Positions 1 to 9,076 of a stretch of DNA of 64,000 nucleotides are shown here, piece by piece. A program made the position numbers and the translations under genes. Under the pieces are notes generated by a model. The model saw only the letters and a list, made by a program, of their open reading frames with translations. It did no database searches and was not told the DNA's origin. Source of the DNA: an uncultured delta proteobacterium (lineage in GTDB: Bacteria > Desulfobacterota > Desulfobacteria > Desulfobacterales > JAHEIW01); NCBI GenBank assembly GCA_963706575.1, contig CAVPNL010000014.1:32001-96000 (forward strand). Direction: 5' to 3'. Position 1 is the stretch's first letter, and every line of letters starts with the position of its first letter.

Positions 1-672
1 GATTTGAAGCATGCGAATATCCTGGTTTCCGGCAATTCGCCTTTGAAACGTCCGAATGGGAATGATGACGGTGTCATCCTGATCGCTTCCCATACCGGTG
101 GTTCCCTTGGCTGCCAAAACGCCGATGATTTGAAAGGAAACCTTTTGCAAACGGATTCTTTGCCCGATCGGATCCTGCTCCCCAAAAAGTTCTTTTCGAG
201 CGGTCTGACCGATAATGCTGACCGGCTTGCCCGAACGCATTTCATTTTCCGTAAACAACCGACCCTCTTCAATCAGCCAATCTTTGACTGTAAAATAGTC
301 GTTGTCGGTGCCGGTCGCCGTGGTCGACCAGTTGGTGTTGCCGAATATGGCCGTAACACTTTTGCTGTTTACCGGCGCTACTGCTTTCAACAAACCGACC
401 TGCCGCTTGATGGCGATCATATCGTCGGCTGTCAACGCCTTGGCGTCCGATGATCCGCCTCCCGGCCCTCGGTGTTGACCCGATCGCACCATCAGGAGAT
501 TGCTGCCGAGTTTGCTCATGTCTTCTTTCACTTTGGCCGTTACGCCCCCGCCAACGGTCACCAGCGTGATAACAGCCGCTACGCCGATCACCACACCCAG
601 GATGGTCAAAAACGAACGAAGCACATTGCGCCTGATTTCCCGTATGGCCAGTAAAAGCGCATTCAAGAACAT
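1..672 (-). CDS. ABC transporter permease, MacB/FtsX family (runs off window edge)
   Basis: Not in the ORF track. Manual translation from ATG 672 gives [43 protein letters not shown]..., a MacB-type permease N-terminus. Overlaps the ATPase stop. Confidence 0.9.
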   Translation of the reverse strand, partial: MFLNALLLAIREIRRNVLRSFLTILGVVIGVAAVITLVTVGGGVTAKVKEDMSKLGSNLLMVRSGQHRGPGGGSSDAKALTADDMIAIKRQVGLLKAVAPVNSKSVTAIFGNTNWSTTATGTDNDYFTVKDWLIEEGRLFTENEMRSGKPVSIIGQTARKELFGEQDPIGQRIRLQKVSFQIIGVLAAKGTTGMGSDQDDTVIIPIRTFQRRIAGNQDIRMLQI

Positions 673-1406
673 GATCTTACCTCCTGGCCGGATGTTTCCG
701 ATTCAATCCGGCCATCCAAAAAACGGATGATCCGATCGGCATAAGCCGCCATACGATCCTCATGAGTTACCATAACGATGGTCAGTCCCAAATCGCGGTT
801 CAGCGAGGTCAACAGATCCATGATCTCCCTACTGCGGCTTGAATCGAGGTTGCCGGTCGGTTCATCGGCCAGCAGAACGGATGGTTCGGTAACCAGTGCC
901 CGCGCGATTGCCACCCGCTGCTGTTGTCCGCCGGAGAGTTCGGCCGGACTGTGTCTGCCGCGATCGGCCAATCCGACCTTTGCCAAAGCTCTATCGGCAG
1001 CCTCTTGCCGCTTTCCCGGATTCATGCCGCGGTAGATTAAAGGCAATTCCACATTTTCAATGGCCGAGGTTCGGCTTAACAGGTTGAAACCTTGAAAAAC
1101 GAATCCAAGATAAAGGCGGCGAAGCAAAGCGCGCTGATTGCGGGATAGCTTTCCAACGGAAACACCCCTGAACAGATAGGATCCGTGTGTCGGAGTGTCG
1201 AGGCAGCCCAAAATATTCATGGCGGTGGATTTGCCCGAACCGCTCGGCCCCATGATGGCTGTAAATTCACCCTTCATAATTTTCATATCCACATCCATAA
1301 GGGCTGAAACCATCGCCTGAGCGCGTCCATAGACTTTTGAAACGGACTTGAACTCGATCAGCGGATGTTCCTTGAATTCCGGCGACAATCCATCTTGCTC
1401 AGACAT
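663..1406 (-). CDS. ABC transporter ATP-binding protein, MacB/LolD family
   Basis: Walker [36 protein letters not shown]. Confidence 0.95.
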   Translation of the reverse strand: MSEQDGLSPEFKEHPLIEFKSVSKVYGRAQAMVSALMDVDMKIMKGEFTAIMGPSGSGKSTAMNILGCLDTPTHGSYLFRGVSVGKLSRNQRALLRRLYLGFVFQGFNLLSRTSAIENVELPLIYRGMNPGKRQEAADRALAKVGLADRGRHSPAELSGGQQQRVAIARALVTEPSVLLADEPTGNLDSSRSREIMDLLTSLNRDLGLTIVMVTHEDRMAAYADRIIRFLDGRIESETSGQEVRSCS

Positions 1407-2725
1407 TATTTCGCCTCCTGAATCATACCGACGATGACGTGTGACCCCGGTGTCAGATCTTCTGATACGATGCGGGTGTTAATTCCGTCTGAAGCCCCGG
1501 TTTGAACCGAAACGGGCAAAGATCTTCCGTCTTGTAAAATCCAGACCTTCGCCGCTTCCGGTTTTACGGGGTCTCCACTGGAACGCGAACCTCTATTGCC
1601 GCGACCGGGCCGTGGAAATAATTTGGACAATATGCTCGACTGCTCGTTGCGGCCAGACCCCGGCCGTTTGCGGCCGCTCAATGAATCCTGCGGTTGTGAG
1701 GGGGTGAAACGGAGGGCGGCATTAGGGACAAGAAGCGCATCCTGCTCATCGTGAACCAAAATGTCAGCTGTGGCGGTCATCCCCGGTCGAAGAAGCAGAT
1801 CGGAATTGTCCACTTTGAGCAGGCACTGATAGGTCACCACACCGTTTTCGGTTTGCGGAGCGAAACGGACTTGCGTGATCTGAGCGGGAAACGTTTTATC
1901 CGGGTAGGCATCCACGATGAACTCGGCCCATTGGGCCTCCTTGATTTGCCCCACATCGGCCTCATCCACAGAAACGTAAAGCATCATATTGGTCAGATTT
2001 TCGGCCAGGGTAAACAAAACAGGCGCTTGAAGGGAGGCGGCGACAGTTTGGCCCGCTTCCACCGAACGGTTCAATACGATGCCCGTGATCGGCGAGTAGA
2101 TCGTTGCCTTGGCCAACTCGGATATATTTGCTTCCAGGACCGCTTCGGCTTTGATAATATTGGCTTTGGCAACTTCGATCTGCGCCAAAGCAACCTGATA
2201 TTTGGCTTCAGCGCTGTCCAAATCTTGTTTGGCCGGAACTTTGCCGTTGCTCAATCGATACGCCGTTTCAAGGCGTTCCAGATTGCTTTTTGCATCCTCC
2301 ACATCGGTTTGTGCTTTCAAATATTCGGCTTTGGCCACTGCGAGAGATGCTTCCGATTGCAATTTTTGCGCTTGCAATTCAGAGGCGTCCAGGCGCGCCA
2401 ATATTTGCCCCTTTTTAACCGAATCATTGAAATCGGCCAAAACTTCGCGAATGATACCGGATACTTCCGTGCCGACATCCACCTGATTTACCGGTTTCAA
2501 TGTTCCGGTGGCGGAGACGGTGACCTTCAACTTTCCTTTCCGGACCGGTTCGGTTTCAAATCTCGTCAACGCCTTAGCTTCGCCCGGCGACCAGAATTTC
2601 CACAAAACACCTCCGGTGATCGCAAGCAGCATCAAAACAAGGAAAACAGCCTTCCTCCACATGGGGAATGGGCGCTGCAAACTAAGGACTTCGGAAATAT
2701 CTTTTTTGTCTTTGCTCTTTATCAT
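1406..2725 (-). CDS. Efflux periplasmic adaptor (MacA-like membrane fusion protein)
   Basis: TM anchor, ATGTLKPVNQVDVGTEVSG, IYSPITGIV and VDEADVGQIK motifs. Start trimmed to ATG 2725, which has a CAGGAG RBS. Confidence 0.9.
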   Translation of the reverse strand: MIKSKDKKDISEVLSLQRPFPMWRKAVFLVLMLLAITGGVLWKFWSPGEAKALTRFETEPVRKGKLKVTVSATGTLKPVNQVDVGTEVSGIIREVLADFNDSVKKGQILARLDASELQAQKLQSEASLAVAKAEYLKAQTDVEDAKSNLERLETAYRLSNGKVPAKQDLDSAEAKYQVALAQIEVAKANIIKAEAVLEANISELAKATIYSPITGIVLNRSVEAGQTVAASLQAPVLFTLAENLTNMMLYVSVDEADVGQIKEAQWAEFIVDAYPDKTFPAQITQVRFAPQTENGVVTYQCLLKVDNSDLLLRPGMTATADILVHDEQDALLVPNAALRFTPSQPQDSLSGRKRPGSGRNEQSSILSKLFPRPGRGNRGSRSSGDPVKPEAAKVWILQDGRSLPVSVQTGASDGINTRIVSEDLTPGSHVIVGMIQEAK

Positions 2726-2790
2726 GTCGGCTCCTGTTTGCTCAGGGACGTGCTCATTTCCCGCAATGAAACAAAGATGCTTACAGGTTA

Positions 2791-2818
2791 AGTCGCAGAT
2801 AGGGGACGGATGGTTACA
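2791..2818 (-). promoter_or_regulatory. Putative ECF sigma promoter for the efflux operon (TGTAACC-N15-GCGACT)
   Basis: Minus strand reads TGTAACCatccgtcccctatctGCGACT. Same motif and spacing as 2884-2911. Confidence 0.7.
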
Positions 2819-2883
2819 GTGCCGGAGAATTTTCCGATTGTTCCTCCCTCCAATCACAATTCCGGCACATTTTGTCGTTCCTT

Positions 2884-2911
2884 TGTAACCATGCGCGCGT
2901 TAGAAGCGACT
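2884..2911 (+). promoter_or_regulatory. Putative autoregulatory ECF sigma promoter (TGTAACC-N15-GCGACT)
   Basis: TGTAACCatgcgcgcgttagaaGCGACT upstream of the ECF gene. AAC and CG cores are typical of ECF -35/-10 elements. Confidence 0.7.
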
Positions 2912-3033
2912 GAAACTATGAGAGCGGATTGAAAGATCTTTCAGTTTAGGATATGTTCACGACTGGGTGGGAGGTATTTAATATTCTTGGCGCTGTTTGC
3001 TATACGGATTGGTAAAACATCTTCTCGTGAATT

Positions 3034-3633
3034 ATGAACAACAGCGATCATCGATCAAGCGACGAAGAAATCATTCAAAGGGTCCTGAAAGGCAAGGTGG
3101 ATGATTTCGAGGGACTCGTCAGACGATATCAGGCACATGTGCTCAATATGGTAAAAAGACACGTTCCGGAGCGTGATGTGGAAGAAACCGCTCAAGAGGC
3201 GATCGTCAGAGCATACAGATCCTTGTCGAGCTATCGCGGAAAGGGACGCGGATTCAAAGCGTGGTTATCTGTGGTCACGATTAGAACATGCTACGATTAT
3301 TGGCGCAAGACCTACCGGTTAAAAGAGGTTCCGCTCAGCACTCTCACTGATGATCACAAAATGTGGGTCGAGAAGGTTATGGCAGCAGAATCCGCGCAGG
3401 GCATGCGTGAAAAAGCCGCTTCCGATGAAGCCCGTATGGTCCTGGATTGGGGGCTGAATCATCTGTCGGCCGAAGATCGCATGGTATTAGAACTGGTCTA
3501 TTTCGAAGAACTGACCGGTCGCGAAGCTGCCAAGCTATTGGGTTGGACGACTACAAATGTGAAAGTCAGAGCCTTTCGAGCGCGTCGCAAACTGGAGAAA
3601 ATTCTCCAGGAAATGATTGAGGAGCAGATATGA
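3034..3633 (+). CDS. RNA polymerase sigma-70 ECF family sigma factor
   Basis: Region 2 (DVEETAQEA...FKAWL...CYDYWRK) and region 4 HTH (LTGREAAKLLGWTTTNVKVRAFRAR). Confidence 0.92.
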   Translation: MNNSDHRSSDEEIIQRVLKGKVDDFEGLVRRYQAHVLNMVKRHVPERDVEETAQEAIVRAYRSLSSYRGKGRGFKAWLSVVTIRTCYDYWRKTYRLKEVPLSTLTDDHKMWVEKVMAAESAQGMREKAASDEARMVLDWGLNHLSAEDRMVLELVYFEELTGREAAKLLGWTTTNVKVRAFRARRKLEKILQEMIEEQI

Positions 3634-3962
3634 AACATTTGCATCGAAAATCGACTGAAAGACTTGGACAAGTCTTACGACAGGCATTCTATGAGCGACG
3701 GCGAATCGAATTCAAACCCTCGGAATTTTGGCTTGTCGGGGTCATGTCGGAGATCCGGCGCATCGGGCGCTTGGACGCGGAAATTGATTTCTGGACGGTC
3801 TTTGAAAAAATGATTTGGAGGTTCATACCTGCAGCGGTTGCTCTATTGTTGCTTCTGGGCGTGGCTTTTACCCAAATCAAAACTGCCCGCGAGAACGTTA
3901 TCGCCGATATCTATAGTGAAGAAAACCTCGATTCGGGACTATATGCCTATTACGATCAATGA
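3630..3962 (+). CDS. Putative membrane-anchored anti-sigma factor
   Basis: ATGA overlap with the sigma gene; single TM helix. Confidence 0.6.
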   Translation: MKHLHRKSTERLGQVLRQAFYERRRIEFKPSEFWLVGVMSEIRRIGRLDAEIDFWTVFEKMIWRFIPAAVALLLLLGVAFTQIKTARENVIADIYSEENLDSGLYAYYDQ

Positions 3963-3973
3963 GGAGCTGATAT

Positions 3974-4363
3974 ATGAGACGACTGAAATTAATCGCCGGG
4001 ATTTTGGTTATTTTTTTCTTGGGTGCGTTAACTGGTGTATTGTCCGCACGCTTTTATGTGACATTCGAAAGCAGAAAACTTCATCATCACCCAAAGCTCG
4101 AGGAGCGGGTGGAATTCATCATGAAACGTCTCACCGATGATCTCGATTTGTCCGCAGCTCAGCAAAAAGAGATACGACAAATTGTGGCCTCGACCGAAGA
4201 AAAGGTCCAATCGATAAAGGATGAATACGCACCAAAAATTCGCGCCCTTCACGATACAAGCATCGAAGAGATCAAAACCAGCCTGTCCCCCGACCAGCGA
4301 GAGAAACTGGATCGAATCCATGCCGAATGGAAACGTCGGCGGCAGGAAAGAAAATCACGGTAG
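3974..4363 (+). CDS. Periplasmic helical protein, Spy/CpxP/heavy-metal-sensor-like
   Basis: N-terminal signal/TM; LDLSAAQQ and LSPDQREK (LTxxQ-like) motifs; strong RBS. Confidence 0.7.
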   Translation: MRRLKLIAGILVIFFLGALTGVLSARFYVTFESRKLHHHPKLEERVEFIMKRLTDDLDLSAAQQKEIRQIVASTEEKVQSIKDEYAPKIRALHDTSIEEIKTSLSPDQREKLDRIHAEWKRRRQERKSR

Positions 4364-4601
4364 AGATTCATCACATGGTCATGGTTGAGGGCAGATTTCA
4401 AAGTGGGCTAAACGGGTGAGATGTGATGATTGCCTGATGCCGGTCTCAAAATATCGCCTTTTTGGGGTAGTTTCTTCCGCCAATGCAAAAAAAATCGACC
4501 CATAACTCGTAATCGTTACCACCAATAATGGACAAGGAGCTCGCTTTTTGCTATGGGCGTGTTGAGTGCCTTGGTAATCATTATTGTAAACAGAGTATAA
4601 A

Positions 4602-5129
4602 ATGAATATGGAGATACCAATCATTCAGCTTGCACAACCGTCCAATGCCTCTTCTCTGGCAAAGCTATCTGAAAAAACCTTCAGAGATGCTTTTGCCCAA
4701 TTCATTAAAAAGAAGAATTTCGAAAGCTACGTAGCTCGTTCCTTTACTGAAAATCAGATCAGATCAGAACTCCTTGATAGTGCTTCCACTTTTTTTATTG
4801 CCAAGTTAAAGGATAAATGGGTGGGGTATGCTAAACTTTATCAGAGCCCGCCTCCTGATTGCGTCAAACAATTGCCGGCCATTGAGCTTGCCAGACTTTA
4901 TTCCATGCAGCAATATTTGGGCTGTGGCATCGGTGCTGCCCTGTTGGAGGCCTGCTTAAACTACGCCCGCAGCAGCGCATTTAATTCAATCTGGTTGGGC
5001 AGTTGGAAGGAAAATCACAGGGGAAATGCATTTTACGCCAAAATGCAGTTTGAAATTTTCGGCACTAAAACCTTTGCTTTGGGATCCGATATCCAGGAAG
5101 ATTACATTTTTGCAAGACCGATACTGTAA
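4602..5129 (+). CDS. GNAT N-acetyltransferase (PaiA-like)
   Basis: IELARLY, GCGIGAALL, IWLGSWKENHRGNAFY. Confidence 0.85.
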   Translation: MNMEIPIIQLAQPSNASSLAKLSEKTFRDAFAQFIKKKNFESYVARSFTENQIRSELLDSASTFFIAKLKDKWVGYAKLYQSPPPDCVKQLPAIELARLYSMQQYLGCGIGAALLEACLNYARSSAFNSIWLGSWKENHRGNAFYAKMQFEIFGTKTFALGSDIQEDYIFARPIL

Positions 5130-5170
5130 CTACAATATGCAGCTAATCCGGCGCCTTTTGCGGATTACCC

Positions 5171-5378
5171 TAGAAGTGGTATCAAAACCTCAGATCAGGC
5201 TCAAGGGCAAGGCGCAGGCCGATCGAGAAAGTCGTTGTTCTCAGCATACATGATGGGCTAGTATGTGAGCATTTACCGGAGGCTGTACTGCACCCTAATC
5301 TAATTAGATCAGATGCGAATCCCGCTTGCGGGGCAACGCGGCCATTGGGCCTTAGATGGGGTTTTGAAACCACTTCTA
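5171..5378. mobile_element. ERIC-like MITE with internal insertions
   Basis: TIR TAGAAGTGGTATCAAAAC...GTTTTGAAACCACTTCTA; core GCAAGGCGC..AGCATAC..GTATGTGAG..CAACGC shared with copies at 34900 and 54127. Confidence 0.85.
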
Positions 5379-6281
5379 ACCCTTGTTTAATATTTCAACG
5401 ACACAATCCCGATAGTTTTTACTCTCCGCGTTGGCGACAACCACGTCGATCTCTGACGGTGATGCCGCCCCTAAACCAATTTCAGCGGCCCGGGCAATTT
5501 GTTCCTGCTCAAAAATCTTTGTATTCATGATTTGCGCGTTGCTCCCCAGAGATTTCAATATGGCCAGGCCCACCGCATCAATTGCCACGCGATCGGTGGC
5601 CGCCAGAAAGGCATTGCCTCTGGCACGCTTGCCATCCGCCGGCCCGCCGTCCACAAAAGCGTCAATTCCGTCCAGAACAACCAGATCGGGTTTAAAAGGC
5701 GCATTCAGCTCGGCGATCAGCTTGCGCTGGTGAGGCGATCCGTGCAGTTCGCTCATATAGGAGTAACCATGCCGACTCGTTGGAACCACACCGACATGCA
5801 GTTTGAGCGACATCGTAAATACGCCGCCGAACTGGTGGGTCTTCAGACAGCAGGTGGAAACAAGGCATTCGGCCTCAAGGATGGGCCGCGCAACCCTGAA
5901 TCCGTCCTGCCAATGAGATTCTTCAGGCGTGACTTTCACCCAATCCTTTTGGTCTAGATCATCGAAGTCGATAATTTTGACATCCAGCGATTTCATGAGC
6001 GGCAGGATGCCCTTCTGCTCCATGACCGATCGCGTGCGGGGATAACTTCGCTCGCCAAGGCATATCGACTTGGCCCCCATCTCCCAGACCGTTTCTGCCA
6101 GGGCAACCAGGGTATCATTGTGGGTTGACCCGGGAGTTCGATCGGCGGTATTGAAATTGGGTTTGATCAAAACATCTTTATTCTTCACCGGATTGATACC
6201 CAGCGTTTTTATCGATAATGAAACCCCTGATTTGCGATCTTCGGTGCCGACGAACGCCACCCGACTTTTAGAACTTGCCAT
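5376..6281 (-). CDS. DUF362 domain protein
   Basis: VLIKPN, CLKTHQFGGVFTMSLK and DRVAID motifs. Start at ATG 6281 after AGGAGG. Confidence 0.85.
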   Translation of the reverse strand: MASSKSRVAFVGTEDRKSGVSLSIKTLGINPVKNKDVLIKPNFNTADRTPGSTHNDTLVALAETVWEMGAKSICLGERSYPRTRSVMEQKGILPLMKSLDVKIIDFDDLDQKDWVKVTPEESHWQDGFRVARPILEAECLVSTCCLKTHQFGGVFTMSLKLHVGVVPTSRHGYSYMSELHGSPHQRKLIAELNAPFKPDLVVLDGIDAFVDGGPADGKRARGNAFLAATDRVAIDAVGLAILKSLGSNAQIMNTKIFEQEQIARAAEIGLGAASPSEIDVVVANAESKNYRDCVVEILNKG

Positions 6282-6426
6282 AACCAGATCCTCCTGCAGG
6301 CCGAATAACAACGCGCCGCCAACTGTCCAGGAATACTTTATCCTAAATTGAGCGTTTCAAATTGTAAAAATGGATCATTTTATCTTATATTCAAGGAATT
6401 CTGCCGATCTTAATTTTTAAAATTTG

Positions 6427-6552
6427 AAACCCTTCGGGATTGCCAATCTTACCGCATCTACTGTGTTAGATGCCGTTCCGCATAGTCAACTATAGCGGAA
6501 CAACATCTGCCTTGTAGCTGCGGCAACCATGACAATCGCTCAACTTAGGTTT
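6427..6552. repeat. Divergent ERIC-like hairpin element (opposite orientation)
   Basis: Minus strand ccgcagctac-AAGGC-agatgttgttccgc-tatagttgactat-gcggaacggcatct-AACACA-gtagatgcgg forms a long stem with the AAGGC/AACxCA internal loop. Confidence 0.55.
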
Positions 6553-6603
6553 AAGAAATCCCTGCGGCTGATGGTGGCGATCGGTTTGTTTTTCGTGCGA
6601 TTT

Positions 6604-7485
6604 TTATGAAAAGGTTTTTTCATTTTTTAGGAAATCGACGATGACCTCTGTGGTTTTATCCGGCCTTTCCATCGGAACGAAGTGGCCGGCGTCTTCAAAA
6701 CACCGCAAGGCAGTTTGCGGAGCTTTGGCTTTAAATCTCTTCGCTGCTGAAGCCAGGAAGGTGTCAGACTTGGCACCATACAAGACTAAAGCCGGCTTTT
6801 GCAGTCGAGGAATATAACGCCATATATCATGCGGGCAGGCGGCAAAACACTTTGACTCCCAGGCAGGATTACAGCTCAACCGGATGGTCTCGTTTCCGGT
6901 CTCCTCGGTGCCTTCGCCAATGTAAGCATCCAGAAATCCATCTTGCCAGGTCCGGAACACCGGTTTGATCTGGTAGTCTTCCAGCATGCTTTTTTGATCG
7001 GGCCATTCGCTTCTGCGCTTGGCCGCTGTCGCAATAATCGGTACAAACCTGGCAAGTCCGGTTAACTTGGCTATATACCACCACCACATCCACGAAAAAG
7101 GCAAAATGGTGGGATCGATGAGAATCAGCGCACGAATCAAATCCGGCCTTTTGATCGCTAAAAGCAAACTGACGGTAGCCCCACGGGAGTGGCCCATCGC
7201 AATTACGGGTTCCCCTAAATTTTCTACAAAGCGCTCTAAATCATCGACAAAGATGTCCCAATTTTTCAGTTCCTGAGGATTGGCAGGCGCTTTGGTGCCG
7301 CCATGCCCCCTGTCATCCATGCCCAAGATTTTAAGGTGAGGTTTCAGTCTTTCAGCCAGGGGGGTATAAGTCCCGGCACATAATCCGGTTGCATGGGCAA
7401 AATGCGCCAATGGCCCTTTCCCGTCCCAGTCGACAAAGTGAAATTTTCCGTCCGTCCCCTGGAATGTATGATCCTCTCGAGCCAT
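6604..7485 (-). CDS. Alpha/beta fold hydrolase
   Basis: GHSRG nucleophile elbow, DDRGHG, C-terminal AGHFVPME. Confidence 0.9.
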   Translation of the reverse strand: MAREDHTFQGTDGKFHFVDWDGKGPLAHFAHATGLCAGTYTPLAERLKPHLKILGMDDRGHGGTKAPANPQELKNWDIFVDDLERFVENLGEPVIAMGHSRGATVSLLLAIKRPDLIRALILIDPTILPFSWMWWWYIAKLTGLARFVPIIATAAKRRSEWPDQKSMLEDYQIKPVFRTWQDGFLDAYIGEGTEETGNETIRLSCNPAWESKCFAACPHDIWRYIPRLQKPALVLYGAKSDTFLASAAKRFKAKAPQTALRCFEDAGHFVPMERPDKTTEVIVDFLKNEKTFS

Positions 7486-7602
7486 ATATATCTCAGAAAT
7501 TCCAAAATTGATTCAAGTTAATGATCTTTTAATCGCCTGGTTTATATCGCTTCAATTGTAAGCGTACCGAACTAATTTGTATTAAAGAAGTAATAACCGG
7601 TT

Positions 7603-8745
7603 TTAGAGGCCCATGAATTTGGCCGCGATATTTTTCATAATCTCGTTGGTCCCCGCAAATATCGACATCACCCGGACATCCCGCCAGGCCCGGGCAATCT
7701 GACAGGTTTCCAGAATCCCGAAACTTCCGCAAAAATCAAGCGCGCGGTCGGCAATTCGTTTTACCATATCCGTGGTCCAGTATTTGGCCATGGAAGTTTC
7801 AATCACCACATTTTCACCTTCCATATGATCCCTGACTAATTTTTCAACGAAGGCCCGGCCCAGTTTTACATCGGTTGCCATTTCGATCAAACCGAATTGA
7901 ACGGCTTGGGATTTCGATATGGGCTTGCCCGAAATCTCGGTATTCTGGCAGTATTCCATCGACCATTCCATTATGCGCTCTGCACCCGCAACCGCCCAGA
8001 CGGCACAAACCAGACGCTCCTGCTGCAGTTTTTCCATCAGCATTAAAAACCCGTCGCCCTTTTTACCCAGGCGATTCGTTTTGGGGATGCGACACTTTGA
8101 AAAGAACAACTCCGCCGTGTCCTGGCTCCACAAACCCATTTTTTTCAAGCGGCGCCCTTTTTCGAACCCCGGAGTTTCGGATTCAACCACATAAAGGGAA
8201 ATCGCCTGGTAGGGATCTGCCACCTCAGGGTCCCGCGCGGCCACCACAACCAGATCGGCAAGGATGCCGTTGGATATGAATGTTTTAGAGCCGTTGAGCA
8301 CGACTTCATTCCCTTCTTCGACCGCCGAAGTTGAGATGCCGGCCAGATCACTGCCGGCACCCGGCTCTGTCATGGCCACCGCCGTCACGATGTCTCCGGA
8401 GACACAACCGGGCAGATATTTTTTCTTAAGGGCATCCGAGGCATATGACGTAATGTAAGGAACCACGATATCACTGTGCAGGGGTGCCACCAGACCATTT
8501 TGGCCGGTACGGGAAAGCTCTTCGATTACAATCACAGAATGAAGAAAATCCCCGCCAGGACCCCCGTAATCGGGAGAGGCTTCCGGACAAAGAAACCCGG
8601 CCTGGCCCATTTTTTTCCAGGCCGTTTTCGGAACGATGCCGGCTTTCTCCCATTCATCGGCATGGGGCGTCACTTCCTTTTCCAAAAAACGGCGCAGCCG
8701 TTGCCGGAATTCACGATGGTCCTCGCTGTATTCTAATATTTCCAT
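7603..8745 (-). CDS. Acyl-CoA dehydrogenase (LCAD-like)
   Basis: AMTEPGAGSDL, NGSKTFISNG, QERL, IFAGTNEIMK. Confidence 0.95.
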   Translation of the reverse strand: MEILEYSEDHREFRQRLRRFLEKEVTPHADEWEKAGIVPKTAWKKMGQAGFLCPEASPDYGGPGGDFLHSVIVIEELSRTGQNGLVAPLHSDIVVPYITSYASDALKKKYLPGCVSGDIVTAVAMTEPGAGSDLAGISTSAVEEGNEVVLNGSKTFISNGILADLVVVAARDPEVADPYQAISLYVVESETPGFEKGRRLKKMGLWSQDTAELFFSKCRIPKTNRLGKKGDGFLMLMEKLQQERLVCAVWAVAGAERIMEWSMEYCQNTEISGKPISKSQAVQFGLIEMATDVKLGRAFVEKLVRDHMEGENVVIETSMAKYWTTDMVKRIADRALDFCGSFGILETCQIARAWRDVRVMSIFAGTNEIMKNIAAKFMGL

Positions 8746-8751
8746 CTGTTA

Positions 8752-8924
8752 TGCTCACTTCGTTCGCGCGTTAGGAGCACTTCGTTTGAGGAGCGCTCCG
8801 CTTGAAGAGCGTACTGTCCGGGCAGGACTTGAGGTCGATATTGTCTGCCTCAATCCTTGAGTTCCGCAGGAACGCTCTTCGAGGCTCAAAGAGCCGCTCA
8901 TAGAGGCCCCCGGTGGGCCGCTCT
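8752..8924. repeat. REP-like multi-hairpin element
   Basis: GAAGAGCGT...ACGCTCTTC stem with an inner stem, plus small hairpins GGCTCAAAGAGCC and GGCCCCCGGTGGGCC. Confidence 0.45.
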
Positions 8925-8929
8925 GTTCT

Positions 8930-9076
8930 TAGAATCCATCTCAAAAAGGTGGATTAGGGTTCATGGCAAGGCGCGGTTTGGCGAAAAAGCGGAGCATACA
9001 TGTCAGTATGTGAGCATTTTGAGCCGAGCCGCAACACCGCCATGGGCACTTAGACGCCTTTTTGAGATGGATTCTA
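8930..9076. mobile_element. ERIC-like MITE, second TIR subtype (147 bp)
   Basis: TIR TAGAATCCATCTCAAAAAGG...CCTTTTTGAGATGGATTCTA; same core GGCAAGGCGC..GAGCATAC..GTATGTGAGCATTT..GCAAC. Confidence 0.85.

Noticed and set aside
5120..5170. Possible integron attC after the AT-rich GNAT gene
   Set aside because: No convincing RYYYAAC/GTTRRRY pair or L boxes, and no integrase or further cassettes nearby.
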